Positions 1 to 14,329 of a stretch of 64,000 bases of DNA are shown here, one piece after another. The stretch is from NCBI RefSeq assembly GCF_009914755.1, contig NC_060925.1. One strand, 5' to 3'. Below the pieces are notes generated by a model. The model saw nothing but the letters and a program-made list of their open reading frames with translations. It was not told the DNA's origin and ran no database searches. A program made the translations under genes and the position numbers. The stretch is from the human T2T-CHM13v2.0 reference genome, Homo sapiens. How positions within the stretch are numbered: position 1 is the first letter of the stretch; the number at the start of each line of letters is the position of its first letter.

Positions 1-88
1 ACATGCCCCCTTCTGAACTAACATGGTCTTTTACTGAAATAGTTATAACTTTTTATGAACCATTATTATCATTATTACTATTATTATG

Positions 89-263
89 CAATGGTCCTCA
101 CCTTGCCTATAAATAATAATCAGAGGAGCTTTAAAAACAACCCGAATGATGTCAGGGCCCAGAATAATTGAATTGAAATCCCAGGGAGCAGAGCCCAGGA
201 ATTAGAAACTTTTAAAATTTTCCCAGGAGAGTCTAATGTTCCACCTTAGGCTGAGAACCACAT
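89..263. mobile_element. MER5-family (hAT-Charlie) MITE, degenerate
   Basis: CAATGGTCCTCA start, GAGCTTTAAAAA and CCCAGGA..TCTAATG core, CTGAGAACCAC end; ~175 bp. Confidence 0.65.
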
Positions 264-368
264 TTCTGGCTGTGCATGCCAGGTGACAGTGCTTCAGCAA
301 TTTTATTGCCCAGAAAGAAAGAAAAAAAGAGATTTTTTCCTTCCTTCTTTGGTTTTGTGGCTCTAGTG

Positions 369-546
369 CAGTGCTTCTCAAACCTGGCTGTACATTAGAG
401 TCACCTGGGGAGCTTTAAAAACTATCACTGTCCTGGCCCCACCCCAATCCAATTAAGCCAGAATCTCTACAGGTGGGACTTGGCATCAGGATTTTTTAAA
501 AGCCTGCTGGATGATTCTAATATGTGCCCAGGATTTCAAACCACTG
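369..546. mobile_element. MER5A/B (hAT-Charlie) MITE
   Basis: Termini CAGTGCTTCTCAAAC...AAACCACTG; flanked by 8-mers CTCTAGTG (361-368) and CTCTAGGA (547-554), typical Charlie target sites. Confidence 0.85.
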
Positions 547-554
547 CTCTAGGA

Positions 555-732
555 CAGGGGTTCTCAACCTTGGCTACATATTGGGATCTCCTGGGAAACT
601 TAAAAAAATCCTGAGACCTGAGCCCCATCTCCAGTGATTCTGATTTAATCGGTCTAGTGGGAGATCTGAGCATTAAAAAATTGATAAAGCACTCCAGGTG
701 GTAATAGCATGCAGTCAAGATTGAGACCAATG
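555..732. mobile_element. MER5A/B MITE directly adjacent to the previous copy
   Basis: CAGGGGTTCTCAACCTTGG...GATTCTGATTTAAT...TTGAGACCAATG. Confidence 0.8.
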
Positions 733-998
733 GGTCTTCAGGAGGAAGGACTGTGCTAGTTTTAAATGAAATCCATTTCTTCTTTCTGGCCCTCATAGGT
801 ATAATTTGCTTCATGGCACTGGGGAACAAGAAATGTGATGTTGCTTTATATAATTCTGGCTCAAGCCCAGGTTGGTGGCAAGTTTGACGTCCATCTGTTG
901 TGACTCCTTTCCACTCACCTAGAGAGTGAAGAACACCAGGGACATGTCCATTTCAGTAGGGTGATTAGAGCATTTTCCAGACACTGTTTCTGCCTACC

Positions 999-3270
999 TA
1001 ATATGGTATGGCTGTGGACTCACCTAAATCTCATCCTGAATTCCCACATGTTGTGGGAGGGACCCAGTGGGAGGTAATTGAATCATGGGGGCAGGTCTTT
1101 CCCATGCTGTTCTTGTGATAGTGAATAAGTCTCATGAGATCTGATGGTTCTATAAGGGGGAGTTTCTCTGCACAAGCCCTCTCTCATTGCCTGTTGCCAT
1201 CCACATAAGATGTGACTTGCTCTTCCTTGCCTTCTGCCATGATTGTGAGGCCTACCCAGCTATGTGGAACCATAAGTCAATTAACCCTCTTTTTTTTTTC
1301 TTTTTTTTTTTTTTTTTTGTAAATTACCCAGTCTCGGGAATGCTTTTATCAGAGGTGAAAACAGACTAATCCAGTAAATTGGTACCAGGAGTGGGCTGCT
1401 GCTGTAAAGATACCCAAAAATGTGAAAGCGACTGTGGAACTGGGTAACAGGCAGAGGTCGGAACAGTTTGGAGGGTTCAGAAAAAGGCAGGAAAATACGG
1501 GAAAGTTTGGAATTCCCTGGAGACTTGTTCAATGGCTTTGACCAAAATGCTGATAAGCTGAGGTGGCCTTAGATGGAGATGAGAAACTTGTTGGGAACTG
1601 GAGCAAAGGTGACTCTTGTAATGTTTCAGCAAAGAGACTGGTGGCATTTTGCTCCTGCCCTGGAGATTTGTGAAACTTCGAACTTGAGAGAGATGATTTA
1701 GAGTATCTGGCAGAAGAAATTTCTAAGCAGCAAAGCATTCAAGAGGTGACTTGTGTGCTGTTAAAGGTATTAAGTTTTAAAGGGAAACAGAGCATAAAAG
1801 TTTGGAAAATTAGCATCCTGACAATGTAATAGAAAAGAAAATCCCATTTTCTGAGGAGAAATTCAAGCTGGCTGCAGAAATTTGCATAAGCAATGAGGAG
1901 CCAAATGTTAATCCCCAACACAAGGGGGAAAATGTCTCCAGGGCATGTCAGAGGTCTCCACAATAGCCCCTCTCATCACAGGCCCAGAGGCCTAGGAAGA
2001 AAAAGTGGTTTCGTGGGCTGGGCCCAGGATTCCTGTGCTGTGTGCAGCCTAGGGACTTTGTGCCCTGTGTCCCAGCTGCTCCAGCCAGGGCTGAAAGGGG
2101 CCAATGCAGAGCTCAAGCCATGGCTTCAGAGGATGCAAGCCTTAAGCCTTGGCAGCTTCCATGTGATGTTGAGCCTTCCAGTGCCCAGAAGTCAAGAATT
2201 GGGGCTTGGGAACCTCCGCCTAGATTTTGGAGTATGGAAATGCCTGGATGTCCAGGCAGAAGTTTGCTGCAGGGGCAGGGATCTCATGGAAAACTTCTGC
2301 TAGGGCAGTGTGGAAGGGAAATGTGGGGTTGGAGCCCCCACACAGAGTCCCTACTGGGGCACTGCCTAGCGGAGCTGTGAGAAGAAGGCCATCATCCTCC
2401 AGACCCCAGAATGGTAGATCCACTGACAGCTTGCACCATGCACTTGAAAAGGCTGGAGACACTCAATGCCTGCCCATGAAAGCAGCCAGGAGGGAGGCCA
2501 TATCCTGCAAAGGCACAGGGGTGGAACTTCCCAAGACCATGAGCACCCAACTCTTGTATCAGTGTGACCTAGATGGGAGACATAGAGTCAAAGGAGATCA
2601 TTTTGGAGCTTCAAGATTTGACTGCCTTGCTGGATATTGCACTTGTAGGGGCCTATAGCCCCTTTGTTTTGGCCAATTTCTCCTATTTGGAATGGCTGTA
2701 TTTACCCAATGCCTGTATCCCTATTGTATCTAGGAAGTAGCTGACTTGCTTTTGATTTTACAGGCTCATAGACCGAAGGGACTTGCCTTGTCTCTGAGGA
2801 GACTTTGGACTGTATACTTTTGAGTTAAGGCCAAAATGAGTTAAGACTTTCAGGAACTGTTGGGATTTGTTTTGAAATGTGAGGACATGAGATTTGGGAG
2901 GGGCTGGGGGCAATGATATGGTTTGACTGTGTCCCCACCAAAATCTCATCTTGAATTCCCAGATGTTATGGGAGGGACCCAGTGGGAGGTAATTGAATCA
3001 TGTTGAATCATGTCTTTCCCATGTTGTTCTTGGGAAAGTGAGTAAGTCTCATAAAATCTGATAGTTCTATAAGGGGGAGTTTCCCCGCACAAGCTCTCTC
3101 TCTTTGCCTACTGCCATCCATGCCAGATGTGACTTGCTCCTCCTTGCCTTCCACCACGATTGTGAGGCCTCCCTAGCCATGTGGAACTGTTAAGTCCATT
3201 ATCTCTTTCTTTCATAAATTGCTCAGTTTTGGGTATGTCTTTATCAGCAGCATGAAAATGGACTAGTACA
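999..3270 (+). mobile_element. Full-length THE1 (THE1A/B-type) MaLR provirus: 5' LTR 999-1373, internal 1374-2913, 3' LTR 2914-3270
   Basis: LTR termini T(G/A)ATATGG...TACA, internal start GTAAATTGGTACCAG, purine tract before the 3' LTR, perfect 5-bp TSD CTACC (994-998, 3271-3275). Confidence 0.95.
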
Positions 3271-3518
3271 CTACCTAACCCATTCCCCTGGCTCTTTGTT
3301 CACAAATCCCCAGGTCTACATGGGGTAGCAAAAAAAAGAACCACCCTGCTTTCCAGACTCCCCTAAAGGTGGTCCTGTAACCACTCTGGCCAGTAAGGAA
3401 CATATGAATATTGTCAGGAAATTTTCATGTTTGTTTTTATAAGCCCTGACCCTTTGTGCTTGTCTCTTCCTCCTTCATACTCTCTAGAATGCATACACAA
3501 GAGTGGAGGTAAAGCAGC

Positions 3519-3944
3519 TGTATTTATACATTCTCACATTGCCATAAAGAAATATTTGAGGCTGGGTAATTCATAAATAAAAGAGTTTTAACTGTTTCAC
3601 AGTTCTGCAGTCCACATGGGAAGCATGATGCTGGCATCAGCTCAGATTCTGGGGAGGCCTCAGGAAACTTACAATCATGGCAGAGGGTGAACAGGGAGCA
3701 GGCACATCACATGGTGAAAGTAGGAGTGAAAGAGCAAGGAGGGAGGTACCACACACTTTTAAACAACCAGGTCTTGTGAGAAATCACTCACTATGGTGAG
3801 GACAGTACCAAGAGGATGGTGTTAAACCATTCATGAGAAATCTGCCCCCCACCTCCAGTCACCTCCTACCTGGCCCCACCTCCAACACTGGGGATTACAA
3901 TTGAAGGCGAGATTTGGGCAGGGACACAGATTCAAACCATATCA
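3519..3944 (-). mobile_element. MSTA-type MaLR solo LTR
   Basis: TGTATT...CAAACCATATCA termini, GGAAGCATGATGCTGGCATC and CTCAGGAAACTTACAATCATGGCAGA diagnostics; TSD GCAGC/GCAGG. Confidence 0.9.
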
Positions 3945-4179
3945 GCAGGCTTGAAGCAAAAATCAAAAGGAAAGCCAAGCTCTGGAAAATATTTTTCACC
4001 CGAGCTAAGAATGACAAAGCAGAATGACTGACAGAACCTGGGACACTGACACCATTTTAGAGCCACCATATCAGCCCTAGATTATTTATCTCGTAACTTT
4101 ATGTCAAAAGTGAAAAAGAAGCCTAAGTTTAATTAAGTCACTATAATCGAATCAAACTGCTGGTGCCCACTCACAGTGA

Positions 4180-4921
4180 GCAGTTTCATTCTCTGAGGAA
4201 TTCAGGCTCTTTCTGTCATTCTAGCCCACATTTTAGTCACTGACATGTTGCCCCCTCATGATGCAAAATAGCTACTAAAGCTTTACACAACACACAAACC
4301 TGCCCCCCCAACTGCTCCCCGATCCAATCACCTCCTAGCAGGCCCCACCTCCAACACAGAGGATTACAATTGAAGGCAAGATTTGGGTAGGGACACAGAC
4401 CCAAACCATCCTGATCCAATCACCTCCTACCAGGCCACACCTCCAACACAGGGGATTACAATTGAAGGCAAGATTTAGGTAGGGACACAGAACCAAACCA
4501 TATCAGCAGGCTTGAAGCAAAAATCAAAAGGAAAGCCAAGCTCTGGAAAATATTTTTCACTTTGATAAGGATGGCAAAGAAATATTTTTGTCAATATTCT
4601 CAAAACAACAGTGTTCCAAATTGGAAAAGAAGGAGATAACTCTTACTATCAGAGTGAAAAATATTTTCCAGAAGTCTCCAAAGGCTCTCTCTCAGGCCAT
4701 AATTGGATTCATCACACAGTGCCCTAAATCAACCCTTGGCAAAAGAACATGGGATTGCCATGATTGGCTTAGACCAATCATGGTTCTTTCCCTGGGGCTG
4801 CAGGAAGTGTCCACTAACACTGAGTTCATGGCTGCTCTAAACCAGAAGGAAGTTGGGGTTCTTTTAGGAAGGAAGAAGGGGAAAATGGCAGTTTGATAGG
4901 CAAGCAAGCTAGTCTGCTACA
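4180..4921 (-). mobile_element. Old MaLR LTR (MLT1J/K/L-like), interrupted by the MSTA-end duplication
   Basis: CAGGCTCTTTCTGTC, CCTCATGATGCAAAATAGCT, CCATGATTGGCTTAGACCAATCA, TTGGGGTTCTTTTAGGAAGGAAGAAGGGG...TCTGCTACA end. Confidence 0.7.
4311..4580. repeat. Local duplication: two tandem ~92-bp copies of the MSTA end plus ~55 bp of its flank
   Basis: 4321-4410 and 4413-4505 both copy 3853-3944; 4506-4560 is identical to 3945-3999. Confidence 0.9.
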
Positions 4922-5070
4922 AGAAGACAATCTGCTAACAAAGGGAGTAAGGGTCCTACAGACAGAGGGAAAAGTATGCACCAAGGTAAGGACATGAAAA
5001 GGCATGTCACATGCAGGAAGAAGTAACCTGTTCTGTATCACCATGACATAAAATCATTTTAAAAATCTCT

Positions 5071-5364
<294 letters not shown>

Positions 5365-7493
5365 TTTTCCAAAGGAGAGGATTGAGAAGCTTTTGTTAAA
5401 AATAAAGCATAGATGTTATTGATTAGGCATGGCAGTAAGGAGCTTTTTATTATTATGCAGTTCCAAAGCATTGTTCCTTTGTGATAAACAATCAAGGAAA
5501 CCCTCAAGACTACATGGCATTCTGTGCTCAGGATAACACCAGTACCAAAAGTGAAGCATTCTTGGTAAAAAGCTGATATGGTTTGGCTGTGTCCCCACCC
5601 AAATTGCATCTTGAATTTTAGCTCCCATAATTCCCACGTGTCATGAGAGGGATGCAGTGGGTAGTAATTTAATCATGGGGGCGGGTCTTTCCCATTCTGT
5701 TCTTGTGATAGTGAATACGTTTTACAAGATCTGATGGCTTTCTAAAGGAGAGTTCCCCTGCACATGCTTTCTTGCCTGCTGCCATGTAAGACATCACTTT
5801 CCTCCTCCTTTGCCTTCGGCCATGATTGTGAGGCCTCCCTAGCCATGTGGAGCTGTGAGTGAATTAACCTCTTTCCTTTATAAATTACCCAGCCTTGGGT
5901 ATACCTTTATTAGCAGCGTGATAACAGACGACACACTAAATTGGTACCAGCAGTGGGCTGCTGCTGTAAAGATACCCGAAAACATGGAAGCAATTTTGGA
6001 ACTGTGTAAACAGGCAGAGGTTGGAGCAGTTTGGAGGGCTCAGAAGAAGACAGGAGAATGTGGAAAAGTTTGGAACTTCCTAGAAACTTGTTGAATGGCT
6101 TTGACCAAAATGCTGATAGTGATATGGACAATAAAGTCCAGGCTGAGGTGGTCTCAGATGGAGATGAGGAACTTGTTGGGAACTGGAGTAAAAGTCATTA
6201 TTGCTATGCAAAGAGACTGGTGACATTTTGTCCCTGCTCTAGAGGTCTGTGGAACTTTGAACTTGAGAGATATGATTTAGGGTATCTGGCAAAAGAAATT
6301 TATAAATGGCAAAGCGTTCAAGAGATGGCAGAGCATAAAAGTTCAGAAAATTTGTAGTCTGACAATGTGATAGAAAATAAAAACCCATTTTCTAAGAAGA
6401 AATTCAAGCCAGCCGCATAAATTTGCATAAGTAATGAAGAGCCAAATGTTAATCACCAAAACAATGGGAAAAAAGATCTGTAGACCATGTCAGAGGTCTG
6501 CACAGTAGCCCCTCCCATCACAGGCCCAGATACCTAGGAGGAAAAAGTGGTTTTGTGAGCCAGGCCCAGTGTCCCTATGCTGTGTGCAGCCTAGGGACTT
6601 GGTGCTCTGTGTTCCAGCTGCTCCAGCCATGGCTGAAAGGGGCCAATATAGAGCTTGGGCCATGGCTTCAGAGGGTGCAAGCCTCAAGCCTTGGCAGCTT
6701 CCATGTGGTTTTGAGCCTGCTAGTGCGCAGAAGTCAAGAATTCAGGTTTGGGAACCTCTGCCTAGATTTCAGAGTACATATGCAAATGCCTGGATGTCCA
6801 GGCAGAGTTGTCTACAGGGGCAGAGCCCTCATGGAGAACCTCTGCTAGGGCAGTGTGGAAGGGAAATGTAGGGTCAGAGTTCCTACACAGAGTTCCCACT
6901 GGGGCATTGCTTAATGGGGCTGTGAGAAGAGGGCTTCTATCTTCCAGGCCCCAGAATGGTAGACCCACTGACAGCTTGCACCATGTGCCTGGAAAAGCCA
7001 CAGACACTCAATGCCAGCTCATGAAATCAGCCAAGAGGATGGCTGTACCCTGTAAAGCCAAAGGGGCAGAGCTGCCCAAGACCATGGGAACCCACTTCTT
7101 ACATCAGTGTGACCTGGATGTGAGACATGGAGTCAAAGGAGATCATTTTGGAGCTTTAAGATTTGACTGCCTTGCTGGATTTCAGATTTGCACAGGGCCT
7201 GTAGCTCCTTCATTTTGGCCAATTTCTCCCATTTTGAAAGGGTGTATTTACCCAATGCCTATACCCCCATTGTATCTAGAAAATAACTAAATTGCACCCA
7301 GTTGAGCCAAGATGGCCGAATAGGAACAGCTCCGGTCTACAGCTCCCGGCGTGAGTGACGCAGAGGATGGGTGATTTCTGCATTTCCATCTGAGATACCG
7401 GTTTCATCTCACTAGGGAGTGCCAGACAGCAGGCACAGGACAGTGGTGCAGCGCACCATGTGTGAGCCAAAGCAGAGTGAGGCATTGCCTCAC

Positions 7494-7748
7494 CTAGGAA
7501 GCACAAGGGGTCACGGAGTTCCCTTTCCTGTTCAAAGAAAGGGGTGACAGACAGCAACTGGAAAATTGGGTCACTCCCACCCTAATACTGTGCTTTTCTG
7601 ACAGGCTTAAAAAACGGTGCACCAGGAGATTATATCCCACACATGGCTTGGAGGGTCCTATGCCCACAGAGTCACGCTGATTGTTAGCACAGCAGTCTGA
7701 GATCAAACTGCAAGGCGGCAGCAAGGCTGGGGGAGGGGCGCCCGCCAT
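7494..7748 (-). CDS. ORF0: L1 ORF0, open, 84 aa (MAGAPPPALLPPCSLISDCC...VTPCAS)
   Basis: ATG at 7748-7746 within ORF-track entry 7494..7817; peptide matches the primate L1 ORF0 sequence MAGAPPPASLPPCSLISDCCASNQRDSVG. Confidence 0.75.
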   Translation of the reverse strand: MAGAPPPALLPPCSLISDCCANNQRDSVGIGPSKPCVGYNLLVHRFLSLSEKHSIRVGVTQFSSCCLSPLSLNRKGNSVTPCAS

Positions 7749-8331
7749 TGCCCAGGCTTGATTAGGTAAACAAAGCAGCCGGGAAGCTCGAACTGGGTGG
7801 AGCCCACCACAGCTCAAGGAGGCCTGCCTGCCTCTGTAGGCTCCACCTCTGGGGGCAGGGCACAGACAAACAAAAAGACAGCAGTAACCTCTGCAGACTT
7901 AAATGTCCCTGTCTGACAGCATTGAAGAGAGCAGTGGTTCTCCCAGCATGCAGCTGGACATCTGAGAACAGGCAGACTGCCTCCTCAAGTGGGTCCCTGA
8001 CTCCTGACCCCTGAGCAGCCTAACTGGGGGGCACCCCCCAGTAGGGGCAGACTGAAACCTCACACGGCCGAGTACTCCTCTGAGACAAAACTTCCAGATG
8101 AATGATAAGACAGCAGCATTCGTGGTTCACAAAAATCCGCTGTTCTGCAGCCACCGCTGCTGGTACCCAGGCAAACAGGGTCTGGAGTGGACCTCTAGCA
8201 AACTCCAACAGACCTGCAGCTGAGGGTCCTGTCTGTTAGAAGGAAAACTAACAAACAGAAAGGACATCCACACCAAAAACCCATCTGTACATCACCATCA
8301 TCAAAGACCAAAAGTAGATAAAACCACAAAG

Positions 8332-9346
8332 ATGGGGAAAAAACAGAGCAGAAAAACTGGAAACTCTAAAAAGCAGAGTGCCTCTCCTCCTCCAAAGGAA
8401 CGCAGTTCCTCACCAGCAATGGAACAAAGCTGGATGGAGAATGACTTTGACGAGTTGAGAGAAGAAGGCTTCAGATGATCAAACTACTCCGAGCTACAGG
8501 AGGAAATTCAAACCAAAGGCAAAGAAGTTAAAAACTTTGAAAAAAATTTAGACGAATGTATAACTAGAATAACCAATACAGAGAAGTGCTTAAAGGAGCT
8601 GATGGAGCTGAAAGCCAAGGCTCGAGAACTACGTGAAGAATGCAGAAGCCTCAGGGGCCGATGCAATCAACTGGAAGAAAGGGTATCAGTGATGGAGGAT
8701 GAAATGAATGAAATGAAGTGAGAAGGGAAGTTTAGAGAAAAAAGAATAAAAAGAAACGAATAAAGCCTCCAAGAAATATGGGACTATGTGAAAAGACCAA
8801 ATCTACATCTCACTGGAGTACCTGAAAGTGACGGGGAGAATGGAACAGAGTTGGAAAACACTGCAGGATATCATCCAAGAGAACTTCTTCAATCTAGCAA
8901 GGCAGGCCAACATTCAGATTCACAAAATACAGAGAATGCCACAAAGATACTCCTCAAGAAGAGCAACTCCAAGACACATAATGGTCAGGTTCACCAAAGT
9001 TGAAATGAAGGAAAAAATGTTAAGGGCAGCCAGAGAGAAAGGTCGGGTTACCCTCAAAGGGAAGCCCATCAGACTAACAGTGGATCTCTCAGCAGAAACT
9101 CTTCAAGCCAGAAGAGAGTGGGGCCCAATATTCAACATTCTTAAAGAAAAGAATTTTCAACCCAGAATTTCATATCCAGCCAAACTAAGCTCCATAAGTG
9201 AAGGAGAAATAAAATACTTTACAGACAAGCAAATGCTGAGAGATTTTGTCACCACCAGGCCTGCCCTAAAGGAGCTCCTGAAGGAAGCACTAAACATGGA
9301 AAGGAACAACCAGTACCACCCACTGAAAAATCATGCCAAATTGTAA
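8332..9346 (+). pseudogene. L1PA3 ORF1p, disrupted
   Basis: ATGGGGAAAAAACAG start, ...NHAKL* end; internal stops near 8476, 8719 and 8761. Confidence 0.92.
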
Positions 9347-9409
9347 AGACCATCAAGGCTAGGAAGAAACTGCATCAACTAATGAGCAAAATAACCAGCT
9401 AACATCATA

Positions 9410-13230
<3,821 letters not shown>

Positions 13231-14329
13231 ACAATGAGAACACATGGACACAGGAAGGTGAACATCACACTCTGGGGACTGTTGTGGGGTGGCGGGAGGG
13301 GGGAGGGATAGCATTAGGAGATATACCTAATGCTAAATAACGAGTTAATGGGTGCAGCACACCAGCATGGCACATGTATACAAATGTAACTGACCTGCAC
13401 ATTGTGCACATGTACCCTAAAACTTAAAGTATAATAATAATAAAATAAAATAAAATAAAAAAAGAAAATAACTAAATTGCTTTTGATTTTACAGGTTCAC
13501 AGATGGAAGGGACTTGCCTTGTTTCAGATGAGACTTTGGACTGTGGACTTTTGAGTTAATGCTGAAATGAGTTAAAACTTTGGGAGACTGTTGGGAAGGC
13601 ATGATTGGTTTTGAAATGTGAGGACATGAGATTTGGGAGGAGCCAGGGCAGAATGATATGGTTTGGCTGTGTCACCATCCAAATCTCATCTTAAATTGTA
13701 GCTCCCATAATTCCCACATGTTGTGAGAGGTACCTGGTGGGAGGTAATTGAATCAGGGTGCAGGTCTTTCCCGTGCTATTCTCACGTTAGTGAGAAAGTC
13801 TCACAAGATTCAATGGTTTTATAAAGGGCAGTTCCCCTGCACATGCTGTTGCCTGCCACCATATAAGATGTCACTTTGCTCTTCCTTTGCCTTCTGTCAT
13901 GATTGTGAGGCCTCCCCAGTCATGTAGAACTGTGAGTCAATTAAAGTTACTTCCTTTATAAATTACCCAGACTTGGGTATGTCTTTATTAACAGCATGAG
14001 AACAGACTAATACAGAAGCAATGCTTATGGAAATGTGTATCATCAGCTAATCAGCTCATCAGCTCCTACTGGGCCCACACAAGTTGATTAGGGCTCTGAC
14101 CCACCCAGTCCCGATCAGGCTCCTGTTCCTTTTGGCACTTCCTATCTTACAGGAAACTTCTCTCAGCCTTTGGAAGGCCCCATTAAAAACAAAATTTTGA
14201 AAATAATTTTTTATAATAATCACTTTGCTTAACCACAGTTGCATTTGAGTTCATTTGGGGGCATCTATTCTAAATAAATCATCTAAAATAACAATTTTTT
14301 AAAATACTTCATTTAAAGCTGTTTACTGT

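Larger units (their letters stand above)
976..4145 (+). mobile_element. Old MaLR LTR (MLT1J/K-like) split by THE1 and MSTA insertions
   Basis: CAGACACTGTTTCTGCCTACC|TAACCCATTCCCC rejoins across THE1 into an MLT1-type 5' end; later GCTAAGAATGACAAAGCAGAA..CCTGGG..GAGCCACCATATCAGCCCT..TTAAGTCACT are MLT1 3' motifs. Confidence 0.6.

Noticed and set aside
4321-4505. Repeat-spacer-like array
   Set aside because: Only two tandem copies of an LTR end with no spacers; eukaryotic DNA, not CRISPR
4758-4783. Perfect 10-bp-arm hairpin with two inverted CCAAT boxes
   Set aside because: Appears to be part of the MLT1 LTR consensus; no independent evidence of function
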